DNA from: Ascoidea asiatica JCM 7603
Lineage: Eukaryota > Fungi > Ascomycota
Reading direction: 5' to 3'
Assembly: GCA_001600695.1 (NCBI GenBank)
Contig: BCKQ01000023.1
Coordinates: 38,354 to 102,353, forward strand
Length of the DNA stretch: 64,000 nt
In this document: one piece after another, positions 11,047 through 22,100 of the stretch
Numbering within the stretch: position 1 is the stretch's first letter
Layout: each line of letters starts with the position of its first letter
Translations under genes and position numbers: made by a program
Notes under the pieces: model-generated
Told to the model about the DNA's origin: nothing
Databases searched by the model: none
The model's input: the letters and a program-made list of their open reading frames with translations, nothing else

Positions 11047-12044
11047 GAATTATTATTTAATTGGATTGGTTTAGTATCATTAACTTATGATAATTTATAA
11101 ATAATCAATAAAAAACTTCATAACTCAGGATTTAGAATAGTAAACAAGATAATAAATACTAAGAGAAAATACGAATGAAATCATCAGAAGGTAAACAGAA
11201 AGGTGACAAAAAAAGAACCAAAACCGAGTGAATGAAAATTCCAGTATTGACAAAAATAAGGTATTTGTTAAATGAAAGCCTGAATTATGATTTCAAATCG
11301 TTCTTCTCTGCCAATTTTCCACACTTTATTTTCTTTCAATTCGGCACTAACAACAAAAGACACTTCAAAAATAAATTCATGCCCCACAGCTCCAAAAACA
11401 GAAAACTCCGAAAATGACCCACATAACTGGCCTCAATAAATACAAACCACAATCATGGCGACAAAACATTTGACTGCGGTTTTTTTAACTTCCATGACAC
11501 GGTTTAATTGAAGTTGAAATCCGCCTCTAAATTATTCGGCTTGTTTTCAGATTTTATCCGCCAACTGACAAAACAAACACAACCCAAAACGTTGGCCTCA
11601 TGTCAAAAGACCCTTTTTGTTTTGTTTTGATTAGTCATTGCGTTGCGTTCTGCGCGAAAGTTTTTTTTTTTTGCCTGTTCCGGTGCGCAGAGAGCACACT
11701 GGCTTCCTTATTTATCCGGTAGCGCACCTTTAGTTCCCGAGCGCAGATTCCTTTGAGTGTAAACTCTGGTTTTGCGCAGAATCGGCGCAGTGTTTTTACC
11801 CGCGTGGGGAACTTTTGCAGGCGAAACCAAAAAACACCGCAATTTGCGTGCAAAATATGTCTGGGTACTAACGGGCGGGCGCAACGCAGATTAGCACAGC
11901 GGCCCGGCCGCTATTACGTTATTTTGCGTCGACTTTTTATCAAACTTATTTTTCATGCCATTTGCGATCATGCTGTGGAAAAAAATAAAAAAATTTAAAG
12001 CAAATTGTGAAGAAATTTTATTCAAATACTCAATATACCAATAG

Positions 12045-12051
12045 TGACTCA
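12045..12051 (+). promoter_or_regulatory. Gcn4/AP-1 site TGACTCA upstream of LEU4
   Basis: Perfect TGACTCA about 285 bp upstream of the LEU4 ATG, with a TATATAAAA box at 12108-12116. Fits general amino-acid control of LEU4. Confidence 0.65.
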
Positions 12052-12331
12052 GCGAAGTAACGTTACTGAAATGAAATATTTTAAAACAAATTATACCTTT
12101 TAAAAATTATATAAAACTTTGTATTGATATTGTTTGTATTGAATATATATATACATATATATATAATATTTATATTATATATATTCTTTATTTATTTCTT
12201 TATATATCTTTTTCACTTTACCATTACTCAATTGGGAATCTTAAAAACTTCATATTCACATCAATAATCATAATCACAATCATAATTAATAATCATTTTC
12301 ATAACAACAATCACAATAATATTATTCAATA

Positions 12332-14131
12332 ATGCCTTGTTGCTCACTTGTCAATAATTCTAATGGATTTTCTTCTAAAAAACCAAGAACTATGCTTGAA
12401 GATCCTTCAGTAAAATATAAATCTTTTAAACCAATCAATTTTCCAAATAGAAAATGGCCAAATAAAATTATTTCAAAACCTCCAAGATGGTTATCAACTG
12501 ATTTAAGAGATGGTAATCAATCATTACCTGATCCAATGACTGTTGAAGAAAAAAAAGAATATTTTCATAAATTAATTGAAATTGGATTTAAAGAAATTGA
12601 AGTTTCATTTCCATCTGCTTCTCAAACTGATTTTGATTTTACAAGATATGCTGTTGAAAATTGTCCAGATGATGTAACTTTACAAGTTTTAACTCAATCA
12701 AGAGAACATTTAATTAGAAGAACTGTTGAATCTTTAACAGGTGCAAAAAATGCAATTTTACATATATATTTAGCAACTTCAGAATTATTTAGAAATGTTG
12801 TATTTAATATGACTGAAGATCAAGCTATAGAAAAAGCAAAAGAAGCTGTAGCTCTTGTAAAATCATTAACAAAAGATGATCCAAAACAATCTTCAACAAA
12901 TTGGACTTTAGAATTTTCTCCAGAAACTTTTAGTGATACTCGTGTTGAATATTCTGTTAAAATTTGTGAAGAAGTCAAAAAAATTTGGCAACCAACTGAA
13001 GAAAATCCAATTATTTTTAATTTACCTGCAACTGTTGAAATGTCAACTCCAAATGTTTATGCTGATCAAATTGAATATTTCTCAACTCATATATCTGAAC
13101 GTGAAAAAGTTTCTATATCTTTACATTGTCATAATGATCGTGGTTGTGCTGTAGCTGCTTCTGAATTAGGTCAACTTGCAGGTGCTGATAGAGTTGAAGG
13201 TTGCGTATTTGGTAATGGTGAAAGAACTGGTAATGTTGATATTGTTACTTTAGCTTTAAATTTATATACTCAAGGTATTAATCCAAAATTAGATTTTTCA
13301 GATATGAAATCAATTATTGATGTTGTTGAAAGATGTAATAAAATCCCAATTCCACAAAGAGCTCCTTATGGTGGTGAATTAGTTGTTTGTGCTTTTAGTG
13401 GTAGTCATCAAGATGCAATTAAAAAAGGTTTTTCATCTCAAGAAAAAAGATGGAATTCTACTTCAAAAACTAATTCAAATAAATTTTGGTCTATTCCTTA
13501 TTTACCTTTAGATCCAAAAGATATTGGTAGAGATTATGAAGCTGTGATTAGAGTTAATTCTCAATCTGGTAAAGGTGGTGCAGCTTGGGTCATTTTAAAA
13601 AAATTAGGATTAGATTTACCAAGACCTTTACAAATTGTTTTTTCAACTTTAGTTCAAAATGAAGCTGATTCTTTTGGTAGAGAATTGAAAGCAAGTGAAA
13701 TTGTTCAATTATTTAGTAAAGAATATTATATTGATAAAATTCATAAATCTGTTTCAATTGAAGATTTTTCAATTGCTAAAGGAAACAAAGAAGAAAGACA
13801 ATTAGAAGCTGAATTAATAATTCAATCTCAAACTGTTGTAATCAATGGTAAAGGTAATGGTCCAATATCTGCTTTCGTAGATGCCGTATCTAATTATTTC
13901 GGTTTACATTTAGAAGTTGTTAACTATAATGAACATACTTTAGGTACTGCTGGTAAGAAATCTAAAGCTGCTGCTTTCGTAGAATTAAGTTTTCAAAATA
14001 AAGAAAATGAACAAAAGAAAAGATGGGGTGTTGGTATTCATGAAGATGTTTCTTTAGCTTCAATGTTAGCAATAACGTCTGTTTTAAACTCTTTAGTTGA
14101 TAGCAGTGAAATAATTTTAAAAAAACATTAA
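12332..14131 (+). CDS. LEU4: 2-isopropylmalate synthase
   Basis: PRWLSTDLRDGNQSLPDPM, SLHCHNDRGC, GNGERTGNVD, AFSGSHQDAIKKG and YEAVIRVNSQSGKGG motifs, plus the C-terminal regulatory domain. A second in-frame Met (MLEDPS) lies at 12392. Confidence 0.97.
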   Translation: MPCCSLVNNSNGFSSKKPRTMLEDPSVKYKSFKPINFPNRKWPNKIISKPPRWLSTDLRDGNQSLPDPMTVEEKKEYFHKLIEIGFKEIEVSFPSASQTDFDFTRYAVENCPDDVTLQVLTQSREHLIRRTVESLTGAKNAILHIYLATSELFRNVVFNMTEDQAIEKAKEAVALVKSLTKDDPKQSSTNWTLEFSPETFSDTRVEYSVKICEEVKKIWQPTEENPIIFNLPATVEMSTPNVYADQIEYFSTHISEREKVSISLHCHNDRGCAVAASELGQLAGADRVEGCVFGNGERTGNVDIVTLALNLYTQGINPKLDFSDMKSIIDVVERCNKIPIPQRAPYGGELVVCAFSGSHQDAIKKGFSSQEKRWNSTSKTNSNKFWSIPYLPLDPKDIGRDYEAVIRVNSQSGKGGAAWVILKKLGLDLPRPLQIVFSTLVQNEADSFGRELKASEIVQLFSKEYYIDKIHKSVSIEDFSIAKGNKEERQLEAELIIQSQTVVINGKGNGPISAFVDAVSNYFGLHLEVVNYNEHTLGTAGKKSKAAAFVELSFQNKENEQKKRWGVGIHEDVSLASMLAITSVLNSLVDSSEIILKKH

Positions 14132-14377
14132 GCAAAAAAGAAAACTTTTAGGCTAAATAAAATGTTTAAACTTCAATGATTATTGGTGTATATATTTAAA
14201 CTAAACAATTTCTTTCTTTTTCATTTTTACTTTCAGTTGTACATTCCAATTGTACTTTCTCTTATTTATTTCTCTATTCTACTTTATATATTGGTCCAAA
14301 TTAAAAAAAAAAAAATAAATTCAAAAAAGAGAAAAAAAAATGTTTCAAATTATAATTCTAAAAAGCTTTAAATAAAT

Positions 14378-15862
14378 TTAATCTTTCATACGTTCCCACA
14401 CCTGGATATAAGATTCCCTTAAAAATAAAAATTCTTTTTCAACTTTTTTAACTTCAAGATTACTTATCTCATACCAATCATCCGTTACTCTATCTAATAG
14501 TTGAATTTTCCAAATATATTTATCTTGGTTGAAATTTTTTTCATAATTTTCTGTTTTATCTTCAAGAAAAATATTAGATATTAATTTATAATTTAAAGAA
14601 TTTTCTAGTTTAAGTTTTTTACTTGATTTTGAATTTGATTTTGATTTTGATTCAATGTATGGATATAAATTCAAATTCGTTAATGGAAAATTAACAACAG
14701 TTGGATTTCTTTCAGAACCATTTATACCTTTTATTGATTTATTTGAATCAAATCTATTAAAATGTATTATTAAATAGTCTTTTAATTTTTTGATTTTGTA
14801 AGATTTATTTTCTCCCAATAATTCTTTAATAGTAATACCATTGAATTTATTTAATAAAGTATAAATTGAAACTTGAGGAATTTCATTAATTGAACTACCA
14901 TCCTTGAATAAAGGAATATTTGGTAAATCTAAAGATAAAAGCCAAAATTTAGTAATATTTTGTTTAAAATTATTAGTCTTTTCAAAGACTAAAGTACCAT
15001 TTTGTGAATTTTTTTGAATATTTATTTCCTCTGAATTGATTAAAATTTTACCTTGAAAAGTATCCGTAAATATTGTTTGATTTCTTTTTTGATGTACTTT
15101 ATCTGAATGACGATTATCATGTTCATAATGATTAATTTTAACAATTCCATCATTTAAATTATTTAGTAAAAAAATCAAAAAAAGTTTTGGATCATTTTTA
15201 TTATCAAGATTAAATTTTCTTTTTGAAAGTAAACTAATATATTGTAAAAATTCATGAGGAGAAATATGTGGTTTAAATAATTTTGAAGACCAATGTTTTC
15301 TAATTAATAAACAAAATTTTTTATTTAATTCATTTTTATCTATAATACCAAAATTATTTGAATTCAAATAATAATTTCTTAAAGAAGGAATATGATTTAA
15401 TAATTGTAATATAACATTTGAATAATCATTTGATTTTATATTATTTAAACCAATATAACCAATTCTATAAATTTTATGATTTAAATCATATGAAAATAAA
15501 TTATCTGAATTTGAATTACTATTTCTATCAAAATTATTAATTTGATTAATAGTAAAAGTTGGATTTATTAAATATTTTATATCACTTACACTTTCAAGTA
15601 AAGAAGTATCAATAACTTCAACATTCTCGGGAAGTATATAAATTTTTAGATTATTAATATTGATAAAAATATGATGATTTGAATTTATAGAGTGAAAATA
15701 AGCATTTGATTTATTATTTCTTCCTTGAAAATATTTCCCACAAACTAAACATGAATAAACATTTATATCAGATAATGAAACTGAACATATTTTTTCAAAA
15801 TCAAAATCTAAACTTGCTCTATCAATTGAGTCTATATAAAAACTATGGTCTAAAGTAACCAT
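14378..15862 (-). CDS. SAD1: U4/U6.U5 tri-snRNP protein Sad1 (USP39): ZnF-UBP plus inactive USP domain
   Basis: LDFDFEKICSVSLSDINVYSCLVCGKYFQGR, GLNNIKSNDY (Asp in place of the catalytic Cys), HISPHEFLQ and ESYIQVWER. The ORF track starts at TTG 16015; the first ATG (MVTLD) is at 15862. Confidence 0.93.
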   Translation of the reverse strand: MVTLDHSFYIDSIDRASLDFDFEKICSVSLSDINVYSCLVCGKYFQGRNNKSNAYFHSINSNHHIFININNLKIYILPENVEVIDTSLLESVSDIKYLINPTFTINQINNFDRNSNSNSDNLFSYDLNHKIYRIGYIGLNNIKSNDYSNVILQLLNHIPSLRNYYLNSNNFGIIDKNELNKKFCLLIRKHWSSKLFKPHISPHEFLQYISLLSKRKFNLDNKNDPKLFLIFLLNNLNDGIVKINHYEHDNRHSDKVHQKRNQTIFTDTFQGKILINSEEINIQKNSQNGTLVFEKTNNFKQNITKFWLLSLDLPNIPLFKDGSSINEIPQVSIYTLLNKFNGITIKELLGENKSYKIKKLKDYLIIHFNRFDSNKSIKGINGSERNPTVVNFPLTNLNLYPYIESKSKSNSKSSKKLKLENSLNYKLISNIFLEDKTENYEKNFNQDKYIWKIQLLDRVTDDWYEISNLEVKKVEKEFLFLRESYIQVWERMKD

Positions 15863-16462
15863 TTCTTTTGATAAGAAAGAATAGTAAACTATCAATGAAC
15901 AATAGAAGATGAATATTAAGATGAAGATAAAGATGAGGATTAGGAAGATGATTATGAAGATAAAAAAGAAAAAGTAGAACCTAATCCGAATAAATGTGAT
16001 GAACTCATTTATCAATTAGAGAATATAAGTTATAACTTATACCTTTTCTTCTAGCATCAAATCTATCAAAAATAGACCTTTTTCCAGCTTTCGTGATAAA
16101 AATATTGATTCTCTCGAGTTTTTTTACCAATTTCCTCTCCCTCACCAAATGTTTGTTCTCTTTCTCACGGGAAAGTCACCAGGAATAAAGAAGCGGGAAG
16201 ACGCAGAAGAACACAGCGCATAAATGGCAACACAAAACTCTGAATTGCGCCCAAAATAAAAACGCACGCAAAATGCAAACTTTACGCAAAACGGGTCGGG
16301 GCTTGTAACCCTGGCATTCATGGGACCGCTTTATTGGGTGTGCTTCTCGATTTAGAAATTGAATGGAAAATGCTAAAAATGTATATTAAAACAAGAAATT
16401 ATAAACAAAGACAAATAAAGATAAACAAGGGCATTGGTTTCACTTCTAATGCAAATATATTA

Positions 16463-18034
16463 TTAATACTCATACAAAACCTTTAGGGTGTATGTTGCAA
16501 TAAAGGGTATGCTGAAGAATATTATAGGATACTCAATCAAAAGACAAGATGCTAAACAAGCCATCTGAGCATTATTTCTTTCTTCACTTTCTTTTAGGAT
16601 CTCAGAGTTATAAGAGTTACTATTGTCATTGATAGTTTCATTGCTTTTATTATCATGAGTGTCTTTACTATCTGAAAGAGTTTTAATTATAGATGATTCA
16701 CTTGGGGTAGATTGGATTCCTTTATTTTCAATAGTATCTGAATCTGAATCTGAACCAATATCAAAACTAGAATCAGAATCAGAATCAGAATTGGAGTTAG
16801 ACTTGGAATTAGACTTGGAATTTGAAATAAAATTACTTAATTTTTCTTTATAAATATATGAAAAAAGCGATGTCATATACACTTGAGCTGTAAAACTAGG
16901 TAATCCAAATGTTAGTATAATCACAAATCCTAAAATTTTTTTATCATTATTAAAACTTATCCAATTCAATTCATTTAATTTTTTCACCCAAATTATTCCA
17001 ATTATTGGCATTATTATTATTTTAATTATAGCCATAGTTATAATACTTATCCATAGAAATTTATTTTCAATAGATAACTTAGATTTTCCTAAAGTACCAC
17101 CTAATAGAAGTAATCCAATTGGAACTTGAGCTGATCCAATATATGAAGTAAAATCCATTATAAAGTTTAATGGAGGATTTTCATCTGGTGCCGTTTTTAT
17201 AAATACTGAGGAACTATCATATATAAATAAAGATCTTAACCATGGAACAAAAGCAATAATTATTGAAACTATTAAGGTAAATGAAACTGGATGAAAGAAA
17301 GTTTCAATAAAAGTATTTATTATTGATTTAATTATCAGAAGTAATTTTGTTATAATATTTATTTTTGCTTTCTCTTTCAAATTTGTTGATTTATCTTTCA
17401 TCAAAGATTCTAAATCATTTTCATCCTCATTGTTATCATTAATGTTGCTATTATTCTCAAGTGAGTTAATTGAAATTTTCAAACATTTTTTAAAATCGTA
17501 TTCAATTAATTTATAACCTCCAAAATTAAAAAATAAAAATGTTACAATAGCCATAAATATACATATATATGCAATTCCTTTTTCACCTTCATTTTCATTA
17601 AATAAAATATATTCATTTTTATAATTTGATTTATCTAAAGTTTGAATATATGCAATTGGTATATCACTTACACTTTGAAAAGTACAAACAGCTAAAAACC
17701 CACCAAAGAATTCTTTTGGAAATTTCTTTCTATTAATTTGTAATATTATAAAACCATAAATAAAACTTGAGAAATATAAAATTACTGAAGATAATAAAAT
17801 AACTAAAATTTCTTTAATATCTTTAATAGATAAATTTGTTATAATTTTATTGAATATTAAACAGGGTAATAATATTATTAATAAAATTTTTGATAATTTG
17901 GCAGTTGTTAAATCATCCAAAATTTTCTTTTTTCGCAATATAAAACCTGCTATAATAATCAAATATATTTTTATTATTGGTTTAACTGCGAACCATATCA
18001 TTCTTCCTACAGCTATTTTATCAGATGAAGACAT
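16463..18034 (-). CDS. ECM3: Auxin efflux carrier (Mem_trans) family membrane protein, Ecm3-like
   Basis: IWFAVKPIIKIYLII, LLPCLIFNKI, SDIPIAYIQT and PPLNFIMDFTSYIGSAQVPIGLLLLG motifs, with about 10 hydrophobic segments. Confidence 0.82.
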   Translation of the reverse strand: MSSSDKIAVGRMIWFAVKPIIKIYLIIIAGFILRKKKILDDLTTAKLSKILLIILLPCLIFNKIITNLSIKDIKEILVILLSSVILYFSSFIYGFIILQINRKKFPKEFFGGFLAVCTFQSVSDIPIAYIQTLDKSNYKNEYILFNENEGEKGIAYICIFMAIVTFLFFNFGGYKLIEYDFKKCLKISINSLENNSNINDNNEDENDLESLMKDKSTNLKEKAKINIITKLLLIIKSIINTFIETFFHPVSFTLIVSIIIAFVPWLRSLFIYDSSSVFIKTAPDENPPLNFIMDFTSYIGSAQVPIGLLLLGGTLGKSKLSIENKFLWISIITMAIIKIIIMPIIGIIWVKKLNELNWISFNNDKKILGFVIILTFGLPSFTAQVYMTSLFSYIYKEKLSNFISNSKSNSKSNSNSDSDSDSSFDIGSDSDSDTIENKGIQSTPSESSIIKTLSDSKDTHDNKSNETINDNSNSYNSEILKESEERNNAQMACLASCLLIEYPIIFFSIPFIATYTLKVLYEY

Positions 18035-18617
18035 TGCAAGGCTTTACAGTTTTTGATATATTACAAAATCAAAAGAAATAATTGTTAATTTACAAAAAAG
18101 AAACGAAATATGAAGTATTGTTTTCAGAAAAAAAAAAAAGTAAAAAAATATATAAAAAAAGGACAAGATATATAGTCTGTTTTATAATCATTTATACACT
18201 TTGAAAATCTTTGAAAAATGACAAAAAACAATAAAAAAAACACAGATATCTTTTTCTACCATTGTTGAACAGCAAAACTTATATCTCATCACGAATCAAT
18301 GAGTAAAATCAATTTAATAATGCTCTAAACCAACATTTATCATAGCTTCTGGAGCTAAATGAGGCAAAAAAACTTGTAAAACTGCTCTAAACCCAAAACA
18401 CCGAAAAAAGCACATACATTTGAAGATCTAAATGAAAATAAATACGGTAATAGTCGGTAATTTAAGGTTATGCAAGCAATAAGCCGGGATTTAAACAATT
18501 GAAAGAATAACCACAAAAGACGGTAATTGCCGTCAAAAGCCGTAAGAGTAAACAGAGACCAACAGCGTGGGTCCTGAATGTGGTATGTGTTTTGAATTCT
18601 TGAAAAAACACCTTTGT

Positions 18618-18624
18618 GCTGTTT

Positions 18625-18666
<42 letters not shown>

Positions 18667-18690
18667 TGTGTTCGATCCACAGAAACAGCA
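18618..18690 (+). tRNA. tRNA-Phe (GAA), intronless
   Basis: Acceptor stem GCTGTTT/AAACAGC, D arm GCTCAGTTGGGAGAGC, anticodon arm TCAGA-CTGAAGA-TCTGA, T arm CTGTG-TTCGATC-CACAG. Confidence 0.97.
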
Positions 18691-19111
18691 ATTTGGCATT
18701 GTTTCTTTATTATGATTCTCTTTGGGTAGTGTATTGTTAGTTAAGCTTTTTTTTGTCTTTTTGTTCTGTAATTTTTTTTTTACTGTTAAACATAGTTTCG
18801 TTTTTTCGCTTTTTCGTTTTATTTTTAACTTACTTTTGAATTTATCATTCTTAATATATTTTTTTGCTTATTGTTCTACGTACTTTTCATAACAAATTTT
18901 GGTCTGGTTGTATTTTATTCACTTGAATATAATATTGTATTCCAGGAGCTAATTCGCTTTATATTTCTTGAATATAGGCTAGTAAACTGATTACATTTCG
19001 AACTACAGAAGTCTTTCATAAATGCCAAAAGTTTATATTATAAAAACAAAGTCTATACTATTAAATTAAATGAGTGAATATATCGCTTATGAAACTGTTG
19101 AAGAAACCTAT

Positions 19112-22100
19112 CTAAGTTATTATAAGTGATTCAAAAGAAGAAGTAACTAAACTACTTTTTAATTGTGCCATCATTATATTTTTATTATCAAAATCATAAA
19201 CCAAATAAATATATTTTAAAATATTATATCCAAGAACCATTTGATCATTACTTTCACTTTTCAAAATTTGATTTTTATAAAGACAATTCATTGGAGCATG
19301 CTCAATAACAGTTTCCAAATAATCTTTAAACGGAACTAAAATTTCAACATCGTTATCAAATGTAAATTTGAAATAATCATTAATATATGCCAATCCACAT
19401 TCAATAGATATAGTATCACTTGCTGATAACGATTCTAATGTTTCTCCTCCTTGAATATCTTCTGCAAATAAATAGTTTATAAGAAATTTATCATAAATAA
19501 ATTCTGGTAAAATTAATTCATGATTATTGAATCCTAAATCTAAATTAACTGAAAGATCATTTGAACTAACTTCATCTTCATTAAGTAAATTTATTGAAAT
19601 ATTAAAGAAATTTTCATTTGCATCTTGATATGCATGAATAAAGTCAATATTTGTTATATTGATAAATAAACCTTCAAATATACCTTTTCTATATCTTGAA
19701 TCACTCAATTCTTTTATTTCAAATGGAATTGTTTTCAATGTTCCTTCATATTTATCATGATCAATACCTCCGAATATTATTGTACCATTGAAAGCATCTC
19801 CATTTTCTGAATAATCATATATACTAAAAAATTTTCCATTAATAAGATTCTGATTAACTAATCTATCCATAAATGTTTCATATTCAACATCTTTATAATT
19901 AATCTTTGATGCAACACTTAATAATGGATTTAATCCTAAAATATTAGTTTGAAAAGTTGGATAATTATCACAATAAACAAAAGATAAATCATTTATAATA
20001 AAATCATTACCAAATGACATAAAATCATCCGTCTTATAGGATGAAGTATAATATGAGTAATTAGTACCTGCATTAGTTAAATTTCCAAATCCACTTTTAG
20101 AATTTTCAAAATTATAAAATACATCAAAAACTTTTGAAGTTTGATTAAATCTTGAACTTAATATTGAATCTGCAAACTCTGTATTTAAAGACATTTCAAC
20201 TTCTTGTTTTGGATATCCAACAGTGAAATTAATATGATATCCTGGATAATCAAATGTTGAATTTTTAACAAAATATGGTATTTTAATATAATTTGTAGAA
20301 TTTAAGCTTGAAGTTGTATTTGTATCTAACTCAACTTTATTTGATGTTGATGTTGAAGTTTTTAAAGTATTGTTATTTTGAAATAAATCATTTAATTCAT
20401 TTGGATTTTTATATAAATTTTGATAGTCAATTGTTGGTAATGCCGTTGGATTTTCTGTTTGAACTGCTTCAATTGAGCTCAAAAAACTATTTAATTCATT
20501 TTCTCTTGTAAATGTACTTGTAACAACTTCAAGATAAAATGATTCAGTTGTTGTCATTGTAGTTGTTTGGTTTAAAGAATTGGTTGTGGTTGAATTTACT
20601 AGATAATTATCACTAAGATGAGTGATTGTAAAAGAGGATGAATAATAAAAATAAGAATCACTATAATTTGGAGCTTTTGTTGTCATTGTTTTAGTCCCTG
20701 ACATTATTATACCATCTTTATTAGCAGTGAGAATATTTTGAACAGAATTTTCATCATCTTCATCTTCGTCTTCAATATCACTAGTTTCACCTGCCAAAAA
20801 ATCATCGGAATCATAATCATATGTTGATCTTGCTAATGAAACAGTTTGATCCTCATAATCAACTGAAACGTATAAATACTTTAAAAAAGAATAACCTAGC
20901 GTTATTTCTGTTCCTATTGAATTTTCAATAAATGATAAAGGTGAGAGATAATATAGTGCATCGGTAATATTATAAAATTCTAGTGTATATAATTCAGTAG
21001 CTGGTATTGATAAAATATATCCAGTAAAATTGAAATTAAAATTCAAAGTATTGAAATATTTCTGAGCTTTTGAAACTGAACTAAATTTAGTTAAAGTAAA
21101 TTCACTATTAACCCAATCAGTAATTGCTGAAAAAACAGCTGAAGGAAAATAAGAACTAGTTGAAGAATATTCACCACCTAAAACATTAAATGATACAGAA
21201 TATAATTGAGGTAATAAATTTGTTTGATTTACATTTGAAATAGTGGTATTACTTGCAGTAGTAGATGTTACATTTTTTTCAGAAAAGTATATTTGATTTA
21301 AAGTAATTGAAACCGAATCATTGGAAATTAAAGGAACAGTAGTTAAAGAAGTATCATTAAACATTGATTGATCTATTGCACCAAATAATAAAGGACATTC
21401 ATTCACGGTATTATTTCTTAAATTGAAAGATAAAATTTTTTTATTGATGGTATTATTGTTTATTAGAGCATCATAAATTGTTGTTGTATTATAATTAAAA
21501 CCCAAAGATGAATTTGATGTTGATTTATCAAAACCTAATAAACCAAAACTTCCCGGACCACAAGTTGAATAATATATTGAACAAAAAGGTACGTTATTTA
21601 AAGTTTCCACTCTATTTCCAATATAATATTCCTGATCATCTTCAATTACTTCATAGAAAAAATTATTAAATGTCATTGTATCATTTATCATTAGAACACC
21701 AATTGAAGAACAAGAAGAACCAAGACATAAATCATCAGATTTTACAATATTGGAAAGATTTGCAGGTAAATAAGTACCATAATCAGTTGAATTTCCAAAA
21801 GATTCCAGAGCAGTAATATTTTCTAATTCAAGTGATATATTTGGATTAAAAATAGTATCTCCAAAACCAGGAATCAAAGGAGATTGTAAATTTATGGTTG
21901 ATTCCTGAAAATCTAAAGCTAGAATTATACCATTGATTATAGTTAGAAAAGTTTCACTTTCCAAATAATAATTTAGTAGAAAATATCCATTTGTGTTTGA
22001 AGTTTCTGTTGTTTCAACTATAAGTACTGTTGAATTCGAGCTTGAGCTTGAGTTTGAGCTTGAGCTAGAACTAGAACTAGAGCTAGAATGTGAAGCTGAT

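Noticed and set aside
15420-15460. Missing catalytic Cys in the USP domain of the 14378 gene
   Set aside because: Normal for Sad1/USP39, so not novel.
15863-16015. Hydrophobic N-terminal extension of Sad1 suggesting a membrane anchor
   Set aside because: It begins at TTG and derives from a T-rich microsatellite leader; the first ATG is at 15862.
16024-16041. Perfect 18-bp palindrome TATAAGTTATAACTTATA upstream of SAD1
   Set aside because: Almost all A/T in an AT-rich genome and seen once; no supporting context.
18355-18699. 114-aa minus-strand ORF
   Set aside because: It overlaps the tRNA-Phe gene antisense and has no protein features.
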